Notes: generated by a model from the sequence alone, not told the origin. A stretch of 64,000 bases of DNA from a bacterium (GCA_008933615.1 WBUR01000025.1:8-64007); one strand, 5' to 3'. Numbered from the stretch's first letter, positions 1-8,527 are shown. Numbers and translations: made by a program.

Positions 1-22
1 TTCCCCCTGGTCGGACCACATT

Positions 23-2269
23 ATGCGGGCTGTAAGCGACTGCCGAGGTGGCTGTTTTTTTGCAGATGCGCCAGAAATGCTATTCCTTGCAAAAGAAAAG
101 ATTATGAAACCTCTTTTTGCTGTTGTTGTAAGGGTAATTGGAACAGGTCAAACGAATAAGTCTGCGTGGGATAAGGTAAAGAATCTGAGTTCTGCGTTGG
201 GTATTATGAATCTTCCGCAAAGCAACGGATTAATTCCTCTTACAAATGAAGGTTATGATAATGCAAAGCACAAACAGGATGTAGTCAGCCGAGAGACGCA
301 TCGTTCGGGAATGATTTTGAATTCGGACGAACTGATTTCACTCGTTCATTTGCCATCCAGTTCTATTAGATCAGAAAAGCTTAGAAGGCTTGTGAAAAAG
401 ACAAAAAAAGCACCTCAAGTCTCAATGGGCAATTCGTTAATGCTCGGAGAAAACATTCATCAAGGAAAATCTCTAGAAGTTTCACTCTCACCGGAATTGC
501 GAGTGAAACACATTCACATCTGCGGTTCAACCGGCAGCGGTAAATCCCATCTCCTACTGAATCTTATCATTCATGATATGGAGCGCGGAGAAGGACTGGC
601 AGTACTCGATCCTCACGGAGACCTCGTTGACGAGATTATTTCACACGTTCCAGAGAACCGCATTAAGGACATTATTCTTTTCGATCCGGGAAACCCAGAA
701 TACACGATTGGTCTGAATATTCTTGAAGCTCAAACGGAGACAGATAGAAATGTGATTGCGAGTGACTTGGTGGCGGCTTTCAAGAGATTATCGACAAGTT
801 GGGGCGATCAAATGTCGGCGGTATTTGGAAACGCCGTTCAAGCTTTTGTTGAAAACGAGAAAATTGGTAGCTTACTTGACCTTCGGATGTTTCTTATAAA
901 CAAAGAATATCGCGAGACCTTCTTGGAAACAGTGAGAGATGAAGAAATTCGGTATTTTTGGAAAAATGAGTATCCGTTACTCAAGGGCAATACTTTAGCT
1001 TCAATCCTCACACGTCTTGATACCTTCTTTAGACCCAAAATTATCAGGCGGATTATTGAGAAAAGAGAGGGGTTGGATTTTAAGCAGATTATCAATGAAA
1101 AGAAAATATTTATCGCCAAACTATCTCACGGTCTGATCGGTAAAGAAAACAGTTCTCTCCTAGGATCGCTTCTTGTATCCAAGATTCATCAGGCTGTGCT
1201 ATCTAGGCAGACTGAGTCTCATCGATCTAATTTCTGGTTGTATATAGATGAATTCCAAGATTTCATAACTCCGACCATGAGCGCCGTTTTATCAGGTGCC
1301 AGAAAGTTCAATCTTGGTCTCATATTGGCTCATCAGGGATTGCGTCAACTCTGGGATGCAGACACCGAATTAGCTCATTCGGTAATTACGAACGCTGGGA
1401 CACGTGTTTATTTTAGACTTTCTGAATTCGATGCCGAGAAAGTTCAAGAGGGATTCTCTTACTTTACAAAAAAGGATTTTCTTAGCTTGGGAGTGGGCGA
1501 GGCTATTTGCCGAATCGACAATTCGGAAAACGATTTCAACCTGAGAACACATGCATTCAATTCTTTATCTCAAAACGATGTAGAAAACAAAAGTAGAAAA
1601 ATTCTGAATTTGATGAGAGAGCGATACGGTCATAGGCCAAAGACCGCACAATATGATCAAATAGAAACCAAGAGAAATGAACCAATCCTACCGGTTGTAT
1701 CTCACAAAGAAGTGTCTAATTCAGAGGAGGTGGACTTCCATAAAACAACTCTAGTGGATGATTCTAAAGTGTCTGAACATCGTTATCTGCAAACACTCAT
1801 CAAGCGGATCGCGGAGGAGAGGGGGTATAGGGCTGTGATCGAAGAGCCCACAGAAGACGGAAGAGGACGAGTCGATGTGGGGTTGGAAAAAGACGGTGTA
1901 AAAATCGCCTGTGAAATTTCGATTACAACAAATGCAGAACATGAAGTCCAGAATATTAAGAAATGTTTAGTTGCGGGATACGGTGTTGTTATTCTGTGTG
2001 CTTATAAGAAACTGAAGCTCAAAAGGATACAGGAACTCGCATCAGAATTATTGACTCAGTCTGATCAAAAGAAAGCTCTCTTTTTCGAACCGGATGCTCT
2101 AATCGACTACTTGGATTCATCTGCTGAATCAGAAGCCAAGCACGAAAAACGGATCAAAGGTTATAGGGTTCGGGTTGAGCACAACCTAGTTGAAGAAAAT
2201 GAGCGAACCAGTAAACGAGAGAGCATAGCAAAAGTCGTCCTCGATTCTATGAGAAGAATTAAACAATAG
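23..2269 (+). CDS. TraD/VirD4/TrwB-like (FtsK-HerA superfamily) P-loop ATPase with a C-terminal restriction-endonuclease-like module; probably 5'-partial
   Basis: Walker A GSTGSGKSH (nt 524-547), then LAVLDPHGDL, Walker B WLYIDEFQDF and LILAHQGLRQL, which is the T4SS coupling-protein pattern. The reading frame is open from nt 2, so the true start may lie upstream of the window. The C-terminal ~80 aa (nt 1775-2011: GRVDVGLEKDGVKIACEIS...NIKKC) looks PD-(D/E)xK-like. Confidence 0.8.
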   Translation: MRAVSDCRGGCFFADAPEMLFLAKEKIMKPLFAVVVRVIGTGQTNKSAWDKVKNLSSALGIMNLPQSNGLIPLTNEGYDNAKHKQDVVSRETHRSGMILNSDELISLVHLPSSSIRSEKLRRLVKKTKKAPQVSMGNSLMLGENIHQGKSLEVSLSPELRVKHIHICGSTGSGKSHLLLNLIIHDMERGEGLAVLDPHGDLVDEIISHVPENRIKDIILFDPGNPEYTIGLNILEAQTETDRNVIASDLVAAFKRLSTSWGDQMSAVFGNAVQAFVENEKIGSLLDLRMFLINKEYRETFLETVRDEEIRYFWKNEYPLLKGNTLASILTRLDTFFRPKIIRRIIEKREGLDFKQIINEKKIFIAKLSHGLIGKENSSLLGSLLVSKIHQAVLSRQTESHRSNFWLYIDEFQDFITPTMSAVLSGARKFNLGLILAHQGLRQLWDADTELAHSVITNAGTRVYFRLSEFDAEKVQEGFSYFTKKDFLSLGVGEAICRIDNSENDFNLRTHAFNSLSQNDVENKSRKILNLMRERYGHRPKTAQYDQIETKRNEPILPVVSHKEVSNSEEVDFHKTTLVDDSKVSEHRYLQTLIKRIAEERGYRAVIEEPTEDGRGRVDVGLEKDGVKIACEISITTNAEHEVQNIKKCLVAGYGVVILCAYKKLKLKRIQELASELLTQSDQKKALFFEPDALIDYLDSSAESEAKHEKRIKGYRVRVEHNLVEENERTSKRESIAKVVLDSMRRIKQ

Positions 2270-2299
2270 TCAAAATGCTAATAAATTTCTTCTACAGCC

Positions 2300-2707
2300 C
2301 TATTGAGTTAGTTGTTCTTTATATATTTTTTTAATGATGTTTTCCAAACGATTGTTGATATAGTTGTCGTTCTGTTCGATTTCCATTGTCCAATTGAGTT
2401 TTGGCTTTGAGACTGAAAAGAATTTTAGTGCGAACGTCGTATATTTTTCTGCTGACGGATCATTGGGGGTTATAGTGAAAGATGCAATTTCAGATCTTAA
2501 ATCCGGGTCAATTTCTTTAATATACGAGTTAACTTTTTCTAAAGCTCTCTGATAAAAACTGTTCTCTGGTGATAATGATGGTGATTGTTCGAACTTCATA
2601 CTTGCTTTTAGTATGGAAGAGGCAATAAATTTAGTCAATAGACAGCCTCGTGACCAATAAAACGTTTTTCGGTAAGGAGGAAATTCATGAGCGAAAAGAG
2701 TGGCCAT
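2300..2707 (-). CDS. Hypothetical protein, no recognisable motifs
   Basis: ORF only. The ATG at 2599 (99 aa) is more plausible than 2707, because 2600-2686 holds the SD/promoter region of the divergent gene. Convergent with the ATPase gene. Confidence 0.4.
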   Translation of the reverse strand: MATLFAHEFPPYRKTFYWSRGCLLTKFIASSILKASMKFEQSPSLSPENSFYQRALEKVNSYIKEIDPDLRSEIASFTITPNDPSAEKYTTFALKFFSVSKPKLNWTMEIEQNDNYINNRLENIIKKIYKEQLTQ

Positions 2708-3997
2708 TCAGAAAAGAAAACGAGTTTATTTGGTAATGAATATATTCAGCACTATGATAAGGATGGGAATAAATGCGGGACTTCGGAAGAGAAGACTACT
2801 CTTTTTGGACAAACATACACACAACATTACAGTGAAAACGGAGACAAATGTGGGATATCGGAAGAAAAAACAAGTTTTCTCGAGACCAAACACTATACAC
2901 AATTTTACGACAAGGATGGAAACAAAACGGGCACCTCAGAACCAAAGGAGAGTTTCCTTAGAGGCAAATACATCCAACACTTTAATGAAGAACATGAAAA
3001 AATTGGGTATTCAGAAAACAAGAAATCTATACTTGGCACAAAATTTAGACAGCATCATGGCGCTCATCCTAGAGATGAGTCTAAAAAGAAAATAGTCCAA
3101 ACAAGCGCTTCAAATAACGATTCAGGAGACGGTACCTCTGCGTCCAATACCTCAAGCAGCGGTAAGAATTTCATACTGTGGCATGTATTTGCAGGTCTGT
3201 TTTTGATCTTGACATATTTCTTTTGGCAACAATGGCTTAACAAGCAAGCAAAAGAAGCTGAAGAAAAATGGAAAAATGAAGTAAAAATTATTGCATCTAA
3301 GGTACCTGGTAAGTGGCTCGGTCATGCATCTAACACGGTTGTCACATTATATTTAACACATCTTTATGGAGATAGGTTCAGTGCAAAGGTTAATTTTAGG
3401 GGGAGCGATCAGGAATTACAAATGGATTTCGGAAAAGGAAATTATTCAACCTCTCTTTTTTTGACCTCAAGACTACACGCTCCTCTGTATTTTCCAATTA
3501 CGATTCCGGCATACAATAAAAACGGAGTTGTCCTAATATTCCGGGGAAAGTTTGCAAATAACGGTAAACGAGATGTTTTTTGCGGGCAATTAATATTTGA
3601 TCAGAATTGGAAAATTCTTGGCAGTTTTCAAGATTCAGATGGTTCTGTCGGTTACTGGTCGGTAGGAGAATGCGATGGGATGCCCTCTAACATATCAGGA
3701 AATTGGGAAGGGAAGTGGGAAAGAGGTGGTCTTTGGAATCCGTTGGAGGTAAATCAAACTAGATTTAAGCTTTCACTAAAACAAGAGGGTAAGGTTTTTG
3801 TTGGAAAAGTTAGTTATATTGGCTCAAGGGGTTCTTCCTCGCTTCGTGGCGAGATTTGTGGAGACTATATAAACTTTAAGTATAGATATGGCGACGGTGT
3901 GGTAAGAGAATATGTAGGTCAGGCGGCGGGAGATCATATTTCTGGAACTTGGTCACAAAATAATTCTTTCGGGACATGGACCGTTTCTAGGAAATGA
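2687..3997 (+). CDS. Single-pass membrane protein with five N-terminal 25-aa repeats and a ~240-aa C-terminal G-x-W-rich domain; function unknown
   Basis: Strong SD AAGGAGG 7 nt upstream of the ATG. Repeats follow SE-K-S/T-LFG-x-Y-x-QHYD-KDGNKCG-T. Low-complexity S/N/G linker, then TM helix FILWHVFAGLFLILTYFFW. The C-terminal region has two similar halves containing GxWxG...SGTW...GTW. Confidence 0.75.
   Translation: MSEKSGHSEKKTSLFGNEYIQHYDKDGNKCGTSEEKTTLFGQTYTQHYSENGDKCGISEEKTSFLETKHYTQFYDKDGNKTGTSEPKESFLRGKYIQHFNEEHEKIGYSENKKSILGTKFRQHHGAHPRDESKKKIVQTSASNNDSGDGTSASNTSSSGKNFILWHVFAGLFLILTYFFWQQWLNKQAKEAEEKWKNEVKIIASKVPGKWLGHASNTVVTLYLTHLYGDRFSAKVNFRGSDQELQMDFGKGNYSTSLFLTSRLHAPLYFPITIPAYNKNGVVLIFRGKFANNGKRDVFCGQLIFDQNWKILGSFQDSDGSVGYWSVGECDGMPSNISGNWEGKWERGGLWNPLEVNQTRFKLSLKQEGKVFVGKVSYIGSRGSSSLRGEICGDYINFKYRYGDGVVREYVGQAAGDHISGTWSQNNSFGTWTVSRK
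2708..3061 (+). repeat. Coding tandem repeat: about 4.7 copies of a 75-78 nt (25-26 aa) unit
   Basis: Protein units at aa 8-32, 33-57, 58-83, 84-108 and 109-125 align by eye (SEKKTSLFGNEYIQHYDKDGNKCGT / SEEKTTLFGQTYTQHYSENGDKCGI / ...). Confidence 0.8.
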
Positions 3998-4074
3998 AAA
4001 TTACTCTCCTTTACCGATTTAGATAAGACAAGCTAATTTAATTGCATTCGAACACTAACCCGATACTGATTTAA

Positions 4075-4506
4075 TCATAAATCGACCTTTAGCATTTTAC
4101 AGAACTTCAAAAATCTTTCCTTTAACACAGAGCTTGGCTGCACATTGCCCCATTCCCACTTCCTTAATGTGGATGCATCAATGCCGAGTTTCTTGGCGAA
4201 CTTTTCTTGGCTCAAGCCTAATTTCCGCCGGTAAGCCTTGATCTTATCCCCAAGTGTAATTATTTTATTTTGAGGCTCATATTCAAGGAATTCAATGATC
4301 TTTGGAAACATACTGACTTTAGGAGTGCTGTAGTTTTTCTCCCAGTTTACTATAGTTATCTCATCAACACCCAGCATATCTGCAAGCTGTGTTTGAAAGA
4401 TTTTACATTCGATCCTTTTTTTCTTTATATGATCACCAATTGTGAGTAACTCCTTGGGATAAGGCTTTGGCTTTATCGCAGTTTTGGTCTGACGGTAGAA
4501 AGGCAA
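4075..4506 (-). CDS. XRE-family transcriptional regulator with two helix-turn-helix domains
   Basis: Two Cro/C1-type HTH units: IKKKRIECKIFQTQLADMLGVDEITIVNWEKN and IKAYRRKLGLSQEKFAKKLGIDASTLRKWEWG. The only available start is the TTG at 4506, directly at the comM junction. Confidence 0.75.
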   Translation of the reverse strand: MPFYRQTKTAIKPKPYPKELLTIGDHIKKKRIECKIFQTQLADMLGVDEITIVNWEKNYSTPKVSMFPKIIEFLEYEPQNKIITLGDKIKAYRRKLGLSQEKFAKKLGIDASTLRKWEWGNVQPSSVLKERFLKFCKMLKVDL

Positions 4507-5009
4507 CGCAGGAATGTCCTTGTGGGTATCATGGCGATCCTAATAATGCCTGTTCATGCGCGGCGCCGGTCATTCAGCGGTATATGGCCAAAGTATCAGG
4601 GCCACTGCTGGACCGCATCGACATTCATATCGAGTGCCCGGCGATCAAGTATAATGAACTGGCGGGCGAGGCGAGCGGGGAAAAGTCGTCCGTGATTCGG
4701 GATCGCGTGATGAAGGCGAGGAAAATTCAAATCGAACGATTTAAGAGAATCTCACGCCATGGCCGGAGGATTTTCAGTAACGCCGATATGGAATCGCAGG
4801 AGATACGGCAGTTCTGTAAGATAGACGAGCGGAGCGCGGAATTAATGAAGATGGCGATCACGAAGCTTGGATTGTCAGCAAGGGCTTATGACCGCATTTT
4901 GAAAGTGGCGCGAACGATTGCCGATTGCAGCTCGAGCGAATCGATTCGTCCGGAACATATCAGCGAAGCGATCCAGTACCGGAGTTTGGATCGCACGTTC
5001 GCATTTTGA
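4467..5009 (+). pseudogene. comM: 3'-terminal fragment of comM/yifB (Mg-chelatase-like AAA+ competence protein); the N-terminal two thirds are missing
   Basis: Translation matches the ComM C-terminus from the CPCGY zinc motif onward (CPCGYHGDPNNACSC, SGPLLDRIDIHIE, LSARAYDRILKVARTIADC, EAIQYRSLD). There is no AAA+ Walker region and no ATG. Homology starts near nt 4512. Confidence 0.8.
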
Positions 5010-5034
5010 TAATTATAAAACTAATGTGGCCTTC

Positions 5035-5268
5035 ATGGACATTCCCATTCTCACCGGCTCGATCGGTGTTGGACTTCTGCTTCTCGCTTTTTTTCTGAAC
5101 GTGTTCAGGAAGATCTCAACGGACAGTTATACCTACATTCTTCTCAATATTGCCGGAGCCGTTATTTCCGGATACGCATCCTACCTCATCGACTATTGGC
5201 CTTTTGTTATCCTCGAAGGAACCTGGGCTTTAGTTGCCTGCGCCGCGCTTATTAAAAAACAAAATTAA
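5035..5268 (+). CDS. Small two/three-TM membrane protein (CBU_0592-like?)
   Basis: The ATG at 5035 lies inside a longer ORF that overlaps the comM fragment. The 77-aa product is hydrophobic (GVGLLLLAFFLNVF..., LLNIAGAVISGYASY...). Confidence 0.55.
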   Translation: MDIPILTGSIGVGLLLLAFFLNVFRKISTDSYTYILLNIAGAVISGYASYLIDYWPFVILEGTWALVACAALIKKQN

Positions 5269-5324
5269 TTGAAACTTCATTGATTTGTGTCGTATCACAC
5301 CAAAGTAATTGTTTCACAAAACAA

Positions 5325-5368
5325 TTGACAATGAGTTTTATTCTTCTATATTAAACCGACCGGTCGGT
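5325..5368 (+). promoter_or_regulatory. Sigma70-type promoter plus a perfect 14-bp palindrome, the candidate TetR operator
   Basis: TTGACA (5325-5330), 16-17 nt spacer, TATATT (5347-5352). ACCGACCGGTCGGT (5355-5368) follows immediately, about 80 nt upstream of the TetR gene. Confidence 0.6.
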
Positions 5369-5447
5369 ATGTTTAATTTGAAATTGTAAATTAAGATATT
5401 ATAAATTTTGAATTTAAAATTTAGTATTCAAAATTTGAAATTAAGTT

Positions 5448-6047
5448 ATGGCACAACACGAATCAGAAGATCTAAGAAAAGAGCAAATTCTGAAGTCGGC
5501 TTTTAATTGTTTTTCGAAACGCGGTTTTGAAATGGTAACGATGGAAGAGATCGCAAAAGATGCCGGTTTAAGTAAAGGCGCGGTTTATTGGCATTTCAAA
5601 AGTAAAGACGACCTCATCATAGCGCTTATCAAAAACTGGATGAAGAGGGGGGAGAACGTACTTTATAAAATGGCGTTGGAATTTCCTTTGGATCAACTTC
5701 TTTATAAATATCCTTCGTATGTGATCACGCAGATGGATCTCAAAAATCACTATAAATTTTTCTTTCATCTGTGGGCTCGTTCCATCGAAAACAAAGAAGT
5801 GCTGTGTCCGTTGGTGGAGAATTTCAATGAGACCCGTGAGAAAGCCGTTGCATTCGTAAAGGTTGCTATTGAAAAAAAACTATTCAGGCCGGACATCGAT
5901 CCGGAAGCACTGTCCGATACCGTGGACGCTATGTTTTACGGATTGATGATCCAATGGCATCTCGATAAAAAAATGGATTTTGAAAAAAGCTGGAAAGCAG
6001 CTATTGATATGTTGATAGAAGGTATTAAAGCAAAAACGGAATCTTAG
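5448..6047 (+). CDS. TetR/AcrR-family transcriptional regulator
   Basis: N-terminal TetR HTH (FSKRGFEMVTMEEIAKDAGLSKGAVYWHFKSKDDL). First gene of an efflux operon. Confidence 0.9.
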   Translation: MAQHESEDLRKEQILKSAFNCFSKRGFEMVTMEEIAKDAGLSKGAVYWHFKSKDDLIIALIKNWMKRGENVLYKMALEFPLDQLLYKYPSYVITQMDLKNHYKFFFHLWARSIENKEVLCPLVENFNETREKAVAFVKVAIEKKLFRPDIDPEALSDTVDAMFYGLMIQWHLDKKMDFEKSWKAAIDMLIEGIKAKTES

Positions 6048-6056
6048 GAGATAAAT

Positions 6057-7364
6057 ATGATACGTTGGTCAATACTGTTATTGTTCTTTATAACGGGATT
6101 TCTTCACGCGCAGGCAACAGAGACGTTAACTTTGGATGATGCGATCATTCAGGCGGTAAAAAATAACCGGCAGCTTGCGATCGCGAGGCTGGAAATGCAG
6201 AAAGCGGACGCGCAGGTAAAAGAAGCCTACGGATATGCGATGCCCAATCTGTCATTTGGCGGAACCTACACGCATACATTTAAAACTCCGGAAATCGTAT
6301 TTACGGTGGACACCATGGTTTCCAGAATTAAAATAGGCACAGAAAACTCCTATCAAATGGGATTTAATGCCAGCCAGGTTTTATTTAATTCTATCGTCTT
6401 CACCGGCGTCGGAACCGCCAAGATATACCAGAAAGCTTCGCGGGAAATGTTTCTCTCGTCGTATAACGCTACTATTGCTAACGTCAAGCGGGCATTTTAT
6501 AATGTGCTGCTTGCTCAGCAGGTTCTTGAAACAACGAAAGCGAGCATGGCTAATGCGGAGGAGAATTTTAAAAATGTTAAAATACTGCACGCGCAGGGGA
6601 TCGTATCGGATTACGATCTTATTCGCTCTGAAGTGCAGGTCGAAAATATTCGTCCCACGGTGATCGAATCGGAACAGCGCGTTCTTGTAGCTTCCAACGC
6701 GCTTAAAGTTCAACTCGGTATGAACGCCGAAGCGATGATTTCAGTCAAAGGGCTGCTTGATTTTTCGCCGGTGGATAGTACGCTTCTCGATCCTCTAATG
6801 GCGGCCACAGAAAATGCCGGCCTTAAAGCGTTGAATTACCAGAAGCAGGTGACGGAGGAATTGATCGCCATAAACCGGTCTGAATATTTGCCTACGCTGT
6901 CCGCGTTTGGAAATTATCAATGGCAGGCGCAACGCAATGGACTCGGTGTCAGCGGCAAAGACTTTATTGCCTCATCACAAGCCGGGCTTACCTTGAGCAT
7001 CAATCTGTTCAGCGGTATGCAGACCGTAGCGCGTATTAAGCAGGCGATTACGGATAAACAAAAAGCGCAGCAGCAGATCAACGATACGCGCGAAACGCTC
7101 AAAACGCAGATGCAAAACGTTGCGCTGCGCCTGGAGGAAGCGCAAAAACGTGTTGCTGGGCAGAGTCGGACGGTCGAGCTTGCGGAGAAAAGTTATAAAA
7201 TAGCCAAAACGCGATACAACACGGGATCGGGTACGCAGCTGGAACTCAACGATGCGGATCTTTCGCTGACGCGCGCGCGGCTCAACCGCATTCAGGCTAT
7301 TTATGATTATTCTATGGCAAAAACGGATCTCGAAGAACTGATTAGTTATCACGATCCAAAGTAA
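6057..7364 (+). CDS. TolC-family outer-membrane efflux protein
   Basis: Signal peptide, LTLDDAI..A..NN motif and a duplicated coiled-coil/beta-barrel architecture. Sits 9 nt after the TetR gene. Confidence 0.9.
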   Translation: MIRWSILLLFFITGFLHAQATETLTLDDAIIQAVKNNRQLAIARLEMQKADAQVKEAYGYAMPNLSFGGTYTHTFKTPEIVFTVDTMVSRIKIGTENSYQMGFNASQVLFNSIVFTGVGTAKIYQKASREMFLSSYNATIANVKRAFYNVLLAQQVLETTKASMANAEENFKNVKILHAQGIVSDYDLIRSEVQVENIRPTVIESEQRVLVASNALKVQLGMNAEAMISVKGLLDFSPVDSTLLDPLMAATENAGLKALNYQKQVTEELIAINRSEYLPTLSAFGNYQWQAQRNGLGVSGKDFIASSQAGLTLSINLFSGMQTVARIKQAITDKQKAQQQINDTRETLKTQMQNVALRLEEAQKRVAGQSRTVELAEKSYKIAKTRYNTGSGTQLELNDADLSLTRARLNRIQAIYDYSMAKTDLEELISYHDPK

Positions 7365-7468
7365 AATCATTCCCGCATATATCGCGGAAATGGTTCTGCG
7401 AAATTCGCGACATCTGCGGGATACGTCAAATAAACACAGCGGTACTAAAAACATATAATCAAAAGAGT

Positions 7469-8527
7469 ATGAAGGAAATTATGAGAATTATTATCATCAC
7501 GACCGCGGCCGTTTTGAGTTTATCCGTTTATGCCTGCGGTTCTTCGAATGCAGAAAACGGGAAAGAAAAACGAACAGAAAAAGAATCCGAAGTTTTTGTA
7601 AAGGTTGAACCCGTTCAACTGAAAGATTTTGCCGAGACCATTCAATTAACCGGCTCTGTCGAATCGCGAAACGATATTGTCATTCCAGCGGAAGAAGGCG
7701 GACGCGTTGTTTCCTGGAAGATCGATAAGGGCGGTTATGTTCAGAAAGGACAGACCCTGGCTAAGATCGATGACGCGATGTTGAAGGCCGCTTACGATGC
7801 GGCTTTAGCAAATTATAATATGGCCGAAGTAAATTATCAAAAGCAGAAGGCTGCGTTCGAAGAACAGGCGATTTCCGCCCTGCAACTGAAGAATCTGGAA
7901 TATCAGCGCGACGCTGCCAAAGCCCAGGCCGATATGGCTAAATTACGCCTGGATAAAACCGTGATCACCAGCCCGATTGGCGGCATTTTTAATGACCGTC
8001 TCGCGGATGAAGGCGAATTGATCGGGCCCGGCATGCCAATCGCTCAGGTCATTGATATGAATCAGATGAAAGTCATGGTAGGAGTTCCCGAGCGGCACTC
8101 CAAAGAACTTCGCCTTGGCTTGCCGGTGGAGTTTACCGTCGATGCGTATCCAGGGGAAATATTTGCAGGAACGATCAGTTTTATTGCCGCCGCGGTGAAT
8201 CCGGATAATCGCAGTATTCCAGTTGAAATAAATTTTACCAATGCGCAGGGGAAACTCAAGCCGCAAATGATCGCGTCGATAAAACTACGGCTTGTTTCAT
8301 CTGCCAAAGCCATTCTGATATCGCAGGATTATATTCAACAGGTTGATATGGGCAGATTAGTTGTTTATGTAGTGAATAACGGTGTTGCGGAGGAACGGCT
8401 GGTGACTTTGGGCGGTTCTGACGGTTCCTCTGTGCGTGTAATAAAAGGGCTAAAAGAGGGCGATCAGATCATTACCGTCGGATTTCAGAATCTGATCGAT
8501 AAACAAAAAATTAGAATTCAGGAATGA
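7469..8527 (+). CDS. Efflux RND periplasmic adaptor (HlyD/MFP family) lipoprotein
   Basis: Lipobox LSVYAC. Biotinyl-lipoyl-like, hairpin and beta-barrel segments typical of AcrA-like adaptors. The ATG at 7481 is an alternative start. Confidence 0.9.
   Translation: MKEIMRIIIITTAAVLSLSVYACGSSNAENGKEKRTEKESEVFVKVEPVQLKDFAETIQLTGSVESRNDIVIPAEEGGRVVSWKIDKGGYVQKGQTLAKIDDAMLKAAYDAALANYNMAEVNYQKQKAAFEEQAISALQLKNLEYQRDAAKAQADMAKLRLDKTVITSPIGGIFNDRLADEGELIGPGMPIAQVIDMNQMKVMVGVPERHSKELRLGLPVEFTVDAYPGEIFAGTISFIAAAVNPDNRSIPVEINFTNAQGKLKPQMIASIKLRLVSSAKAILISQDYIQQVDMGRLVVYVVNNGVAEERLVTLGGSDGSSVRVIKGLKEGDQIITVGFQNLIDKQKIRIQE

Larger units (their letters stand above)
1..4512. mobile_element. Putative right-hand end of an integrated element or genomic island inserted in comM; it continues past the left window edge
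   Basis: The segment ends exactly where homology to the 3' part of comM begins (~4512). By eye it is AT-richer than the flanking efflux region. Cargo is a T4SS-coupling-like ATPase, orphan genes and an XRE regulator. No integrase or att repeat is visible in the window. Confidence 0.45.

Noticed and set aside
4000-4512. Tn7-like transposon end (TGT... terminus with multiple TnsB-binding repeats) at the comM junction, by analogy with Tn6022/AbaR
   Set aside because: The XRE coding sequence occupies 4075-4506 right up to the junction, leaving no room for the 90-150-bp repeat-bearing end. I saw no ~20-bp repeated sites. A recombinase-type island or an old deletion is more likely.
4918-5034. Upstream 39 codons of ORF 4918-5268
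   Set aside because: They overlap the comM fragment out of frame and are basic and non-hydrophobic. The membrane protein plausibly begins at the ATG at 5035.
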